Positions 1 through 8,169 of a stretch of 17,980 bases of DNA are shown here, one piece after another; positions within the stretch are counted from its first letter, which is position 1, and every line of letters begins with the position of its first letter. Where the stretch lies: NCBI GenBank assembly GCA_000388065.2, contig KK198105.1. One strand, written 5' to 3'. The position numbers and the translations under genes were made by a program. The DNA comes from Fonticula alba ATCC 38817. Taxonomy: Eukaryota; Protista; Nucleariida. Below the pieces are notes generated by a model. That model was not told where the DNA came from and made no database searches. It worked only from the letters and a program-made list of their open reading frames with translations.

Positions 1-120
1 GACTCGAACCCATTCACAGGTTTTACCTGCTCTTTCCTAGACCTGAAAAAAAAAAAAAAATTATTAAATGTTTTTTATTTAATAAATAAAAAATCTATCA
101 GGGATTTTTTTTATGGTATC
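1..120 (-). repeat. Repeat module copy 1 (cut by window start): tRNA-like element, A15 tract, two hairpins
   Basis: Near-identical to 3929-4020 and 13847-13962. Hairpins are ttattaaat/atttaataa (61-85) and aaaaaatc/gatttttt. Confidence 0.95.
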
Positions 121-190
121 TATTAAACAAAGCAGGGAGCTGTTTTGTTTAGTTTATATTCAGTTGTTTTGGTAGTAGATTTTTTAGTTA

Positions 191-685
191 TTACGTGAGT
201 GATATTGTGTTCATGTATGTTTGTACGATTAGGTCAATGTTTAGGTTGTCATTGATTGCTTGTTTTGCAATGAATGCAGTGTATCTGTTAATATCTACCA
301 TGTTTATAATATTTGAGTGTATAGGATCATTTATTTTGTTAAGTGTTATGTTTAGGTGTTTTGAGCCCTGTTCAAAGAATTCAGCTCTATTGTATTTTAA
401 GCATGCTCTGAGCATTGATATGTCCATCGTTGCATCATACTCTTTTAATATAAGTTTAAAATTATGAGTTCCGTTTTTAATAAGCCTTTCAGCTAGTTCT
501 TTATCTTCTTTTGTCAGTTCAACTTCCCAGCTGGGGTAGCCTAAATAGTTTGTAAGATCCTGACAACTTTTGTTTAAGATATTATCAGGGTTGTTTCCTA
601 ATTCTCCAAATACTGTTGTCTCTTCTAATGTTTTATTGTTTTTTTGAATTATGTGCCTCTGTAACTTCTCATAAATTTTTATCAT
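191..685 (-). CDS. Hypothetical protein (164 aa), probably the 3' part of a decayed paralog of ORF 13977-14927
   Basis: Open frame that stays open upstream to 742. Weak colinear similarity to ORF316 (DKELAERLIKNGTHNFKLILK vs NKELTKLAIEATQNNIHQNWISYLK) with a similar distance to the C-terminus. Confidence 0.5.
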   Translation of the reverse strand: MIKIYEKLQRHIIQKNNKTLEETTVFGELGNNPDNILNKSCQDLTNYLGYPSWEVELTKEDKELAERLIKNGTHNFKLILKEYDATMDISMLRACLKYNRAEFFEQGSKHLNITLNKINDPIHSNIINMVDINRYTAFIAKQAINDNLNIDLIVQTYMNTISLT

Positions 686-728
686 TTTTTTTTTAGTTGT
701 ATTTAAAGGGTGCTTTTCTGTTATAATT

Positions 729-836
729 TTATATGATTTGGTTTATGCTCATGGGTAGCTTTTTAAGTTTCTGGTGTATGGCTACAATTTCTCTCAGTTT
801 GGTGTAACCTTGGTTATAACAGCTTATTGAGTTCAT
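729..836 (-). pseudogene. 35-codon fragment resembling the middle of ORF316, out of frame with ORF164
   Basis: MNSISCYNQGYTKLREIVAIHQKLKKL aligns by eye with ORF316 MNSHMNSYKTAGLLKASEIIEWLDKLDNKL. Confidence 0.45.
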
Positions 837-1702
837 ATTAATAATATTTTGTTAAGGGTGTTTATATGGAGAGTTTATACCCCTGATTTATTTAGCTAAA
901 ATAGGCGTGTGTATTTCTTATATAGATCAGGGCCTTTATAGCATCTATTTTATAAATTTTCTGGGTCTGAACTTATTTTAGCTGAATTGTATTTTATGCT
1001 ATATTTATAAAATAGGTTTATGTCTAAATAATTATAATGTTATTATAATTATTTTATGTTAAAATCAGATGTGAATATGCCTCTCTTACTCCCTAAAATA
1101 TTACTTAAATTAAATGATTGTTTTTATAGTGATCGTTTATAATTACAGGTTAATATTTTAATATTAACTCTTTGTATATATTTCATAGCTGTAAATTCCA
1201 TATGATTTAGCATAGTTCCTTCATGTTAAAATATTCTTTAATCGACTCTAAATTTTTAAACTGAGGTATTTCCTCTAATAATCCTTATTTCTTTAAATTA
1301 TATAATTAATAGAAAATTAACCTAAAAATTATTTATTATACTACATTATTGCACTAATGAACCTAAACTCCTCATTAATTTAAGTACTCTCTGAAAAGCT
1401 GCAGTTAGGGAGACAAGTACTACTCTTATTGAGGTGATATAGGATATATTTTTAAATATTAAATAAATTACACACCTAGATAAATTTCTAGGAATAAATA
1501 TATAAAGCACATTATAAAATTATAGAAGTTTAAGTTATCCATTGTTTTCATTATAAATTTTATTTCTGAACGATCGCACATACATTATGTTTATTTTAGA
1601 AAGTACACGAGCTATAAACATAAGAAAAGCATGGTCATGACCAAACTCTATTAATATATAGAAAATCATTAGTTTTTAACATAATATAAATTTAATTAAT
1701 AA

Positions 1703-2407
1703 TTAAATTTTACTAGTAGAGCATATTAGAGTATATAATATAATAGATTCATATATAACTGTAGCAGCTACAGTTATAATAATCATAGCTGTAATATCAG
1801 GTGGTGTACATAATGAGCATATAATAGCTATGATTATAATAGCTTTTCTGTTTATGATATAGTTAATTTTTATTAGATTAAAATTAACTAGGTATGATAT
1901 TAGACTGATACATACAGATATTATGATTGTGAACACAAGGAAAACATTTAAGTAGTGGAGGTACATGTTTGCTGAGGGTATTATGTTAATTAAGTTATAG
2001 TTATTATTATTTATTATTTTGTATATTTGATATAATAATATAAATAATAAATAGTATATTATGTAGTACATATAGTATACTAAACAGAACTGGTTTAAAA
2101 TCCTGTAATATACTTTTTTGAATTCTATAGCTGTAACCATAGGCTTTATAAAAGCATACATTATAACAACAGCATATGGTGCTATAATATAGATTGGTAG
2201 AATAAGACTCAAGCTAAAGTAGCTGTATAATAGCTTCATGAAATCTGTGGTTAATAGTGTATTATTCACCATTTTCCAAGTATAGAGATTTAATATAAAT
2301 GATGAGTTATAAAATGTAATAAGAGACAATAAAAAATACGCCAGAATTAAATAAGCCATCCTCGCTGAGACTTCTTTTATATAATAATAATATAAAATAA
2401 AATTTAT
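1703..2407 (-). CDS. tatC: Twin-arginine translocase subunit TatC (MttB); start probably non-AUG, upstream of the ATG at 2359
   Basis: Multi-TM hydrophobic protein with C-terminal CSLCTPPDITAM...IYESII (TatC TPPD/E motif) and YAFIKPM. The frame is open upstream to a TAA at 2417-2419 and encodes YYYYIKEVSARMAYL, resembling the N-terminal E-x-x-x-R motif. The start position is inferred. Confidence 0.9.
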   Translation of the reverse strand: MNFILYYYYIKEVSARMAYLILAYFLLSLITFYNSSFILNLYTWKMVNNTLLTTDFMKLLYSYFSLSLILPIYIIAPYAVVIMYAFIKPMVTAIEFKKVYYRILNQFCLVYYMYYIIYYLLFILLYQIYKIINNNNYNLINIIPSANMYLHYLNVFLVFTIIISVCISLISYLVNFNLIKINYIINRKAIIIIAIICSLCTPPDITAMIIITVAATVIYESIILYTLICSTSKI

Positions 2408-3657
2408 TTTAAATTTTTATCACTGGTAGCCATATAAAATGTTAAACATTCTTATAAAACAACCCAATATAACTAATTAATAATAAAGCTAAATATCTCA
2501 CAAGAATAAATACCCCTAAAATCTATAATCATAAGCAATCATAACCCATAAAGATTCAAATAGACTTATACAATTTGTTAAAAAATAACCACCTCAGCTA
2601 GCCGAGGCTCTAGTTCATGATCAACCTATTTAGTGATGTACCTAACTTAAAATTAAAAATCTTAATAGATTCTTAATAATAAGAATTTGAGTAAGCCGAT
2701 GTTTCTAAGCATATCTAAATTTCTCTTTATTTTATAACAATAGGACTTTTAGAAAAATGATTCTGATACTTCATTTTTCTAGGGTTTAAAAATACTATAT
2801 TTTTTTTTAATCAAGAATATAGTATCTAGTTTATAATAATATATTCTTATACTAGTCAAATCTAGAATATTATTATATAGAAATAGCACTAAACCCCAAT
2901 AGACTACAAGACATGAAGATTATAAAGGACTACATTACAAACCTCCCCTATAAAAATAACATTTTAATCACAATGTAGAATTTATCAAGGACTAAATATA
3001 ACTATATTTACATTCATACTGATAATTTGTAAATAAGTCAATATTTACATAATTATGTAAATAACTTATTTACATAAGTTATTTTATAATACCTCTTCTT
3101 TCTCTTGTAGCCAAAGACTAGAGCACAGATAAGTACCATATAAACTACTATTTCAATATTAATAGAATTCAATTCATAAACTTTGGATTTTATAGCTAAA
3201 TGTCAGCTTCTTTCTATTTTTAACAACATGATATTTCAATATTAAGATTACAAAGTAAAGGATACACATAGTTAAGCTATTATACATAATATTTAAATAA
3301 CAAAAGAAGATAAATTAGACTACAAACCCTATGAATAAAAAAAAAAAAAAAAACCTTATCATGATCAGTTAAACATTACTAAACATTATTAATATTGAAA
3401 TATCAGTAGATATGACTAGAAAAGACTAATATAGTTATTTATAACTATATCACATATAAAAACTAAAGGATATAATATAACATCCAGCAAACAAACATAC
3501 ATATAAACTAACTAAGCCATTCAACTTTGAATAACTCTAATTTTTTAAATTTAGAGCTAAATTTAAAAATACTAAATTAGTATAGATTTTACTCTATTTC
3601 ATATACTCATAAAACCTAATAATTTAAAAAGGTAAGTACTATACATCATTAATAAAA

Positions 3658-3683
3658 TGGATAATTTAGTACTAAATTATCCA
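3658..3683. repeat. Perfect 26-bp palindrome tggataatttagtactaaattatcca
   Basis: Identical to its own reverse complement. Confidence 0.95.
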
Positions 3684-3900
3684 ATAAACACAATTTAATA
3701 TAAAAAACCCCCTAAAAATATTATAAACACTACCCACCACTAAAGCACTACTGATTTAACACTAAAACTTATAAATTAAAACAACCTTAACAAGACAAAA
3801 TTAAATAAAACATTCTAATATAAATTTTATAAATAATCATAAACTAAATCGGCCTGTACAGGCCTGGACCAAAAACCATACACTCCATCACTGAACAACA

Positions 3901-4040
3901 ACAACAAAGAATTATGATACAGGCAAGGGACTCGAACCCATTCACAGGTTTTACCTGCTCTTTCCTAGACCTGAAAAAAAAAAAAAAATTATTAAATGTT
4001 TTTTATTTAATAAATAAAAATTCCTAAATAGGAATTTTTT
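3901..4040 (-). repeat. Repeat module copy 2 with a different distal hairpin (aaaaattcct-aaat-aggaattttt)
   Basis: Direct sequence identity with copies 1 and 3 up to about 4020. Confidence 0.95.
3918..3975 (-). ncRNA. 58-nt tRNA-like element (t-element-like): canonical T-arm, reduced D-arm, non-canonical anticodon arm
   Basis: Minus strand TTCAGGT-CTAGGAAA-GAGC-AGGTAAAACCT-GTGA-ATGGG-TTCGAGT-CCCTT-GCCTGTA. The acceptor-like stem pairs 6 of 7. Expression is not shown. Confidence 0.6.
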
Positions 4041-4287
4041 ATATAGTATGTCTGCATGATTGATGAACAATCAATTATAATTGATTAACTATTAGATAGT
4101 GAGACTCTATTAAGAGTTAACTCTATTAATTCTTTCATATTTTATACTTGATCTACACCAGCCCTTGTTTCTGGCTTATTTCTATTAATTGCTGCAGTAT
4201 TTTCACTTAACTATAAACCTCTTAGAGTAATAGCCTTAATAAAACTAATCAATGTTATAATTGGGGATATACAGTCTTTTACATGGC

Positions 4288-4731
4288 CTATGAATTATCA
4301 TTTTTATTACTATCACTTAATAATTCTGGATTTTCATCCTTTATAATTTTAAAAATTCTTTCTTTATTAAAATTTATAAATTCATCAGAGTTTTTAATTA
4401 AATCTAAACTCTGATAAGGAATAGAGAGTTTTTCTTTCGCAACCATACCAAACTGTGGCTTTTGCTGACCTACTAAATTGGATTCTTTACTTATCAAATT
4501 TGCAGGGTTCCTGGCTGTTGATACGCTGGTACATTGCATTAAAATAGTTAGCCTATCTACTACCTTTTCTGCTGAATCACCGTCTTTTAATATAAAGGGA
4601 TGGTTTACATCCAGCTTTAAAGGTTCTAAAATTGCTTTAAAGTCTTCTCTTTTAGAATTTTTAATAAACGCTCCACATAATTTACTAGAACTACTGATTG
4701 AATAAGACCTTTTTATTAAATTACTAATCAT
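4288..4731 (-). CDS. Hypothetical protein (147 aa), gene B of the unknown two-gene cassette
   Basis: Intact ORF with an ATGA overlap with ORF289. A homologous decayed copy lies at 7686-8169. Confidence 0.7.
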   Translation of the reverse strand: MISNLIKRSYSISSSSKLCGAFIKNSKREDFKAILEPLKLDVNHPFILKDGDSAEKVVDRLTILMQCTSVSTARNPANLISKESNLVGQQKPQFGMVAKEKLSIPYQSLDLIKNSDEFINFNKERIFKIIKDENPELLSDSNKNDNS

Positions 4732-5597
4732 ATAATATATTTACCTGTAGCTATTAAACCCCACAAAATAACCCTACATAAAATAAGTAACCCAGGAATA
4801 AGCCTCCATCTTTCACTAAAAGACCTAGCCCTTAAATGATTACTACTATATGCCAGCCATAAATTTCCAAGTGGAATACAAAAAGAGTGAGAGTACCCTC
4901 TTTTAATCCCCTCATCTGTTAACTCAAGCACTATAGCGCCAATAGACACTGACCCATTTGATAAAACTTTAGCATCCCTACCATAAACATTAACAATCTC
5001 TTTCATCTCATCTAAATTCAAAACTATATATTCTTCAAAAGATACAAGGTATAACCTAATCAACCAAGCAATAAAACTTAAAGGCAAAAAGGAGACAATA
5101 AACATAGAACTAACTTTATTAAAAATAAACAAATAAAAAAAAAACAAACTCAAAAATGGTAAAATAAAAAAAACACAAAACTTAAAAAGGCTAAAACAAC
5201 CCTGCCTAAAGGTATCCTCCCCTAAAAACCAAACCAAACGCCTAGAAAACTTCAAATATAAACCCTTAAATAGTAACATAACTAAATAATCAAAACCTTT
5301 ACTAGCCGAAGGAAAAACAAACCCCCTCATACTAAAAAGACCTGGTTTAAAATACCCCAAAATCTTTATCAAACCATATACAACCAAAATAAAAATCACA
5401 ATAATAACATAATAATAATACTTATTATTATAGTCCGATGAAACTTCAGATATATAAACTGGTTGTATTTTAGATATATAAATTATTCCAATTATATACA
5501 TCAAAAATTTAACTATAAATAAAATAATAGATAAAATCGGGGCTATCATGTTTTCATATAAGGCTTTTAACTCCATTAAATCTAACCTATTATACAT
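4728..5597 (-). CDS. Hypothetical multi-pass membrane protein (289 aa), gene A of the unknown two-gene cassette
   Basis: Long intact ORF with several hydrophobic segments. A homologous decayed copy lies at 6822-7689. Confidence 0.75.
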   Translation of the reverse strand: MYNRLDLMELKALYENMIAPILSIILFIVKFLMYIIGIIYISKIQPVYISEVSSDYNNKYYYYVIIVIFILVVYGLIKILGYFKPGLFSMRGFVFPSASKGFDYLVMLLFKGLYLKFSRRLVWFLGEDTFRQGCFSLFKFCVFFILPFLSLFFFYLFIFNKVSSMFIVSFLPLSFIAWLIRLYLVSFEEYIVLNLDEMKEIVNVYGRDAKVLSNGSVSIGAIVLELTDEGIKRGYSHSFCIPLGNLWLAYSSNHLRARSFSERWRLIPGLLILCRVILWGLIATGKYII

Positions 5598-5696
5598 AAA
5601 TATAAATCTAATAGTAAAATAACTAAATCTAAATTTTGATCCACAACTGAATTAATCACTAACAACCCACACTAGTGTCTCACTAGCTGGAACATA

Positions 5697-5734
5697 CACA
5701 AATAAAATATTTTTCATAAAAAAAAATTTTATAA
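5697..5734 (-). repeat. 38-bp exact copy of the start region of ORF731
   Basis: cacaaataaaatatttttcataaaaaaaaattttataa is identical to 17943-17980. Confidence 0.95.
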
Positions 5735-5917
5735 TTAAAACAAACTATAATATAAATACTTAAAAAACAAATCTCATTTAAAAAAATGAAATATAAATTA
5801 TATTGTGTGGCCTAAAAGCAATATTAAGAGATAGGTAATATCTGAGCATGTGTGTGTGCGAAAGATACATCCATAAACTATCATAGTGGTATGCTACGAT
5901 CAAAAGATCGGGAGCAT

Positions 5918-5989
5918 TGGGCTTAGTAGGAATCGAACCCACGTAGTATCCATCATGAGTGGAACGTTTTACCACTAAACTATAAGCCC
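5918..5989 (-). tRNA. trnI: tRNA with CAU anticodon, probably Ile (lysidine type), otherwise elongator Met
   Basis: GGGCTTA/TAAGCCC acceptor, loop CTCATGA, T-loop TTCGATT. It lacks initiator features. The GGGCTTATAGTTTA 5' end resembles organellar trnI(cau). Confidence 0.8.
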
Positions 5990-5991
5990 AA

Positions 5992-6076
5992 TACCCACTA
6001 TTGGACTCGAACCAATACTTCATAAACTGAAAACAGATTTTAAGTCTGTCGTGTCTGCCAGTTCCACCAAGCGGGC
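5992..6076 (-). tRNA. trnL: tRNA-Leu(UAA)
   Basis: GCCCGCT/AGTGGGT acceptor, ACAGA-CTTAAAA-TCTGT anticodon arm, long variable arm, TTCGAGT T-loop. Confidence 0.96.
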
Positions 6077-6081
6077 TATTT

Positions 6082-6260
6082 TTTGAATAACAACATAACT
6101 AATAATTTCCTAACAGGGCAAGATACGACAATCTCTTCAGGATTAGGAAATTCCTACGTTATAGCCTAAATAAATGCTATTATATTAGAAGCTTAAATCT
6201 GTTCGACACTAGATCGTAAAGGAATAGTAAAATAAATTAGACTGAATGGGGGTTATTTAA
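6082..6260 (+). ncRNA. rnpB: Candidate reduced mitochondrial RNase P RNA
   Basis: CR-I-like AGGAAATTCC (6145-6154), CR-IV-like AGtaaaAT (6226-6233), CR-V-like GACTGAATGGGGGTTAT (6240-6256). P4 AATTCCTA/TGGGGGTT forms 8 pairs including 3 G-U; P2 is TAATTT/AAATTA. Ends are approximate. Confidence 0.55.
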
Positions 6261-6272
6261 CTTTATAAATAA

Positions 6273-6344
6273 GAGTTTATAGCTCAGTGGTAGAGCAGCG
6301 GACTTTTAATCCGTTGGTCGCAGGTTCGAGTCCTGTTAAACTCA
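6273..6344 (+). tRNA. trnK: tRNA-Lys(UUU)
   Basis: GAGTTTA/TAAACTC acceptor, GCGGA-CTTTTAA-TCCGT anticodon arm, canonical D and T arms. Confidence 0.97.
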
Positions 6345-6346
6345 TT

Positions 6347-6429
6347 GAGGGTGTGGCTGAGCGGTTTAAAGCAATAGACTGTAAATCTATCCACGAATGT
6401 GAGCATGGGTTCGAATCCCATCGCCCTCA
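6347..6429 (+). tRNA. trnY: tRNA-Tyr(GUA)
   Basis: GAGGGTG/CGCCCTC acceptor, ATAGA-CTGTAAA-TCTAT anticodon arm, long variable arm. Confidence 0.97.
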
Positions 6430-6685
6430 AATAGATAATATATTAATAATCTTCCAGATAATATAGCCATTATATATTATATTTTATGCCACAAGTAGAT
6501 TTATTAACTTTTTTTAATCTTTCTTTTATGTTTTGTGTATTTTTTACAATTAGTTATAACATGATATATTCATATTGTGTTAATATGGAAAAAGTATCAT
6601 TAGTTAGAGAAGTTTTATCTAATTCTAATAAAAATTAACTAAATTTAAGAACTAATATTAACAAAATATAAGGAGGAAACTCCAT

Positions 6686-6757
6686 TGAGGAATAGCCAAG
6701 TGGTAAGGCAATGGATTTTGATTTCATGACGCATGGGTTCGAATCCCATTTTCTCAA
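6686..6757 (+). tRNA. trnQ: tRNA-Gln(UUG)
   Basis: TGAGGAA/TTTCTCA acceptor, ATGGA-TTTTGAT-TTCAT anticodon arm, ATGGG-TTCGAAT-CCCAT T-arm. Confidence 0.96.
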
Positions 6758-6768
6758 ACTAAAATTAT

Positions 6769-6823
6769 GCGGGCTTAGCTCAGTTGGTAGAGCACCAGAT
6801 TGTGATTCTGTTGGTCATGGGTT
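6769..6823 (+). pseudogene. trnH: tRNA-His(GUG) truncated in the T-loop
   Basis: Canonical through GCGGGCT, D-arm, CCAGA-TTGTGAT-TCTGT and ATGGG-TT, then unrelated sequence. No 3' T-stem or acceptor strand was found in the window. Confidence 0.88.
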
Positions 6824-7689
6824 GTTCTCTACAAATCATGAGGATATAGATCTCAGCGGGTTATCTGGTGGTTTTCTCCTTTTTTCAACTCTTCCTTTTT
6901 TTTTATAATTAGGTAGTTATATCGTAGGCTTGGTTTATCTGCGATTTTTGGAGGAAACCATTTTTTATGGACTTTCTACATTAGGTCAGATCAGGCATTT
7001 CCTTATATTAATTTTTTTTTTTTATTGGGATAATATCGTTTCTATACATAAAATTATTTAACCCTGGATTTTTGAATTTTTTAAAATAACTCTATATTCC
7101 TACTGCGTATACAGGCTTTGATCTAATAACTTTGAGATATTTATCCGGGGCGCGTATAAAATTTTGTGAAAAGGTTGCTGACTATTTAACAGATCATTAA
7201 TCTAGCATGCTCTTCTTAAGGGGGTTTATAATTTTTATACTTTATCTAGCCCCTATAATTAATATATCATTTTTTTTTATTTTTGTATTAGGAGAAATAT
7301 CCTACTTCTATGTTAAAATAGCATTACCTTTAGCATTTCTATGTTGGGTCACTAGGCAGGTGCTGCTTCTCTTTCAAGATTATATTATTGGGTTTTTGTC
7401 TAGTCTATCTAGACTGATAACAGTTGAAATAAGGGACAATAAAGATGATATATTAATTATAGGGGATTTATATAAAAAGGATTTTGTTATTATTCTAAGC
7501 CCACAAGGAAAGGAGCTTGGTTTTTCCCAAACAGATATCCCACTTTTAACAAATAGCTATATTTAGGTGAGTAATATTGCTGCCTTTGTTTTTAATTTTG
7601 ATAAACGTATGGTATATGTTAGTATTTTTATTCATTTTTATAGGGTTGGGGTATGGATTCTTGTATTATATAAAATAATAACAAAATGA
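6822..7689 (+). pseudogene. Decayed paralog of ORF289 (cassette gene A'); includes track ORF 7207-7566
   Basis: Colinear matches YIVGLVY/YIIGIIY, FNPG/FKPG, PTAYTGFD/PSASKGFD, LPLAFLCWVTR/LPLSFIAWLIR, YRVGVW/CRVILW. Stops at 6906, 7087, 7198 and 7564; frameshift in T12 (7012-7023). The 5' end is approximate. Confidence 0.85.
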
Positions 7690-8169
7690 GAATAAAACAA
7701 TTACTGGGGGGGTTTTAATTCAGCTAAGGTATTAAACAGTAATATTTCTATTATTAATAAAAATAAACAAATAATCTACACCCCTCCATTCAATAAAGGC
7801 AAACTACTAACTAATCATCGCCTTCAAACATTACCAATTAATGAGGAGTATTGTATTGTCCTAGGACAATAGACATCAAATTTACCAATAAATCAATTAG
7901 GGATTAAGCTTGGTGCTATAAATATTGATGGAGAAAAAAAAAATCAATACATCGTGCTGCTATTAGCTTTTACTTGAGTAAAAGCTAGTCATTTGAAAAT
8001 CTATGGGACTTCTAGTTCTAAAAATTTTAATAAACTACACGGGTCTAATATTTTAGATCTCTTTATAAACTATGCTATACCGATAATTGATTCAAAAAAC
8101 TCTGAAATAACACCTGCAGAATTAACAGACTTAAACCCTGAAATAACAGACGAGGGAGAAATAGAATAG
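7686..8169 (+). pseudogene. Decayed paralog of ORF147 (cassette gene B')
   Basis: Same ATGA overlap. Matches KLLTNH/KLDVNH, VLGQ*TS/ILMQCTS, GEKKNQY/GQQKPQF, NPEI/NPEL. Frameshift in G7 (7706-7712); stops at 7870 and 7975. Confidence 0.75.

Noticed and set aside
195-467. Antisense ORFs 195-467, 4478-4705, 10605-10976, 11190-11417, 14972-15238, 15979-16266 and 16540-16782
   Set aside because: Shadows of longer opposite-strand genes, favoured by strong strand skew.
700-760. IITEKHP (upstream of ORF164) matching IITEKLP near the ORF316 N-terminus, with a nearby TGA aligning to Trp
   Set aside because: Out of order relative to the colinear alignment, so probably chance. It is not evidence for UGA=Trp, since all conserved nad5 Trp codons are TGG.
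5676-5687. 12-bp inverted match to nad4L 8972-8983 (gctagtgagaca)
   Set aside because: Exact 12-mers are expected by chance in an 18-kb two-strand comparison.
5778-6023. 81-aa minus-strand ORF
   Set aside because: Overlaps the trnL and CAU tRNA genes; no protein features.
6711-6908. 65-aa ORF as an independent gene
   Set aside because: The first half is read through trnQ and trnH. Only the last ~29 codons belong to the decayed cassette gene.
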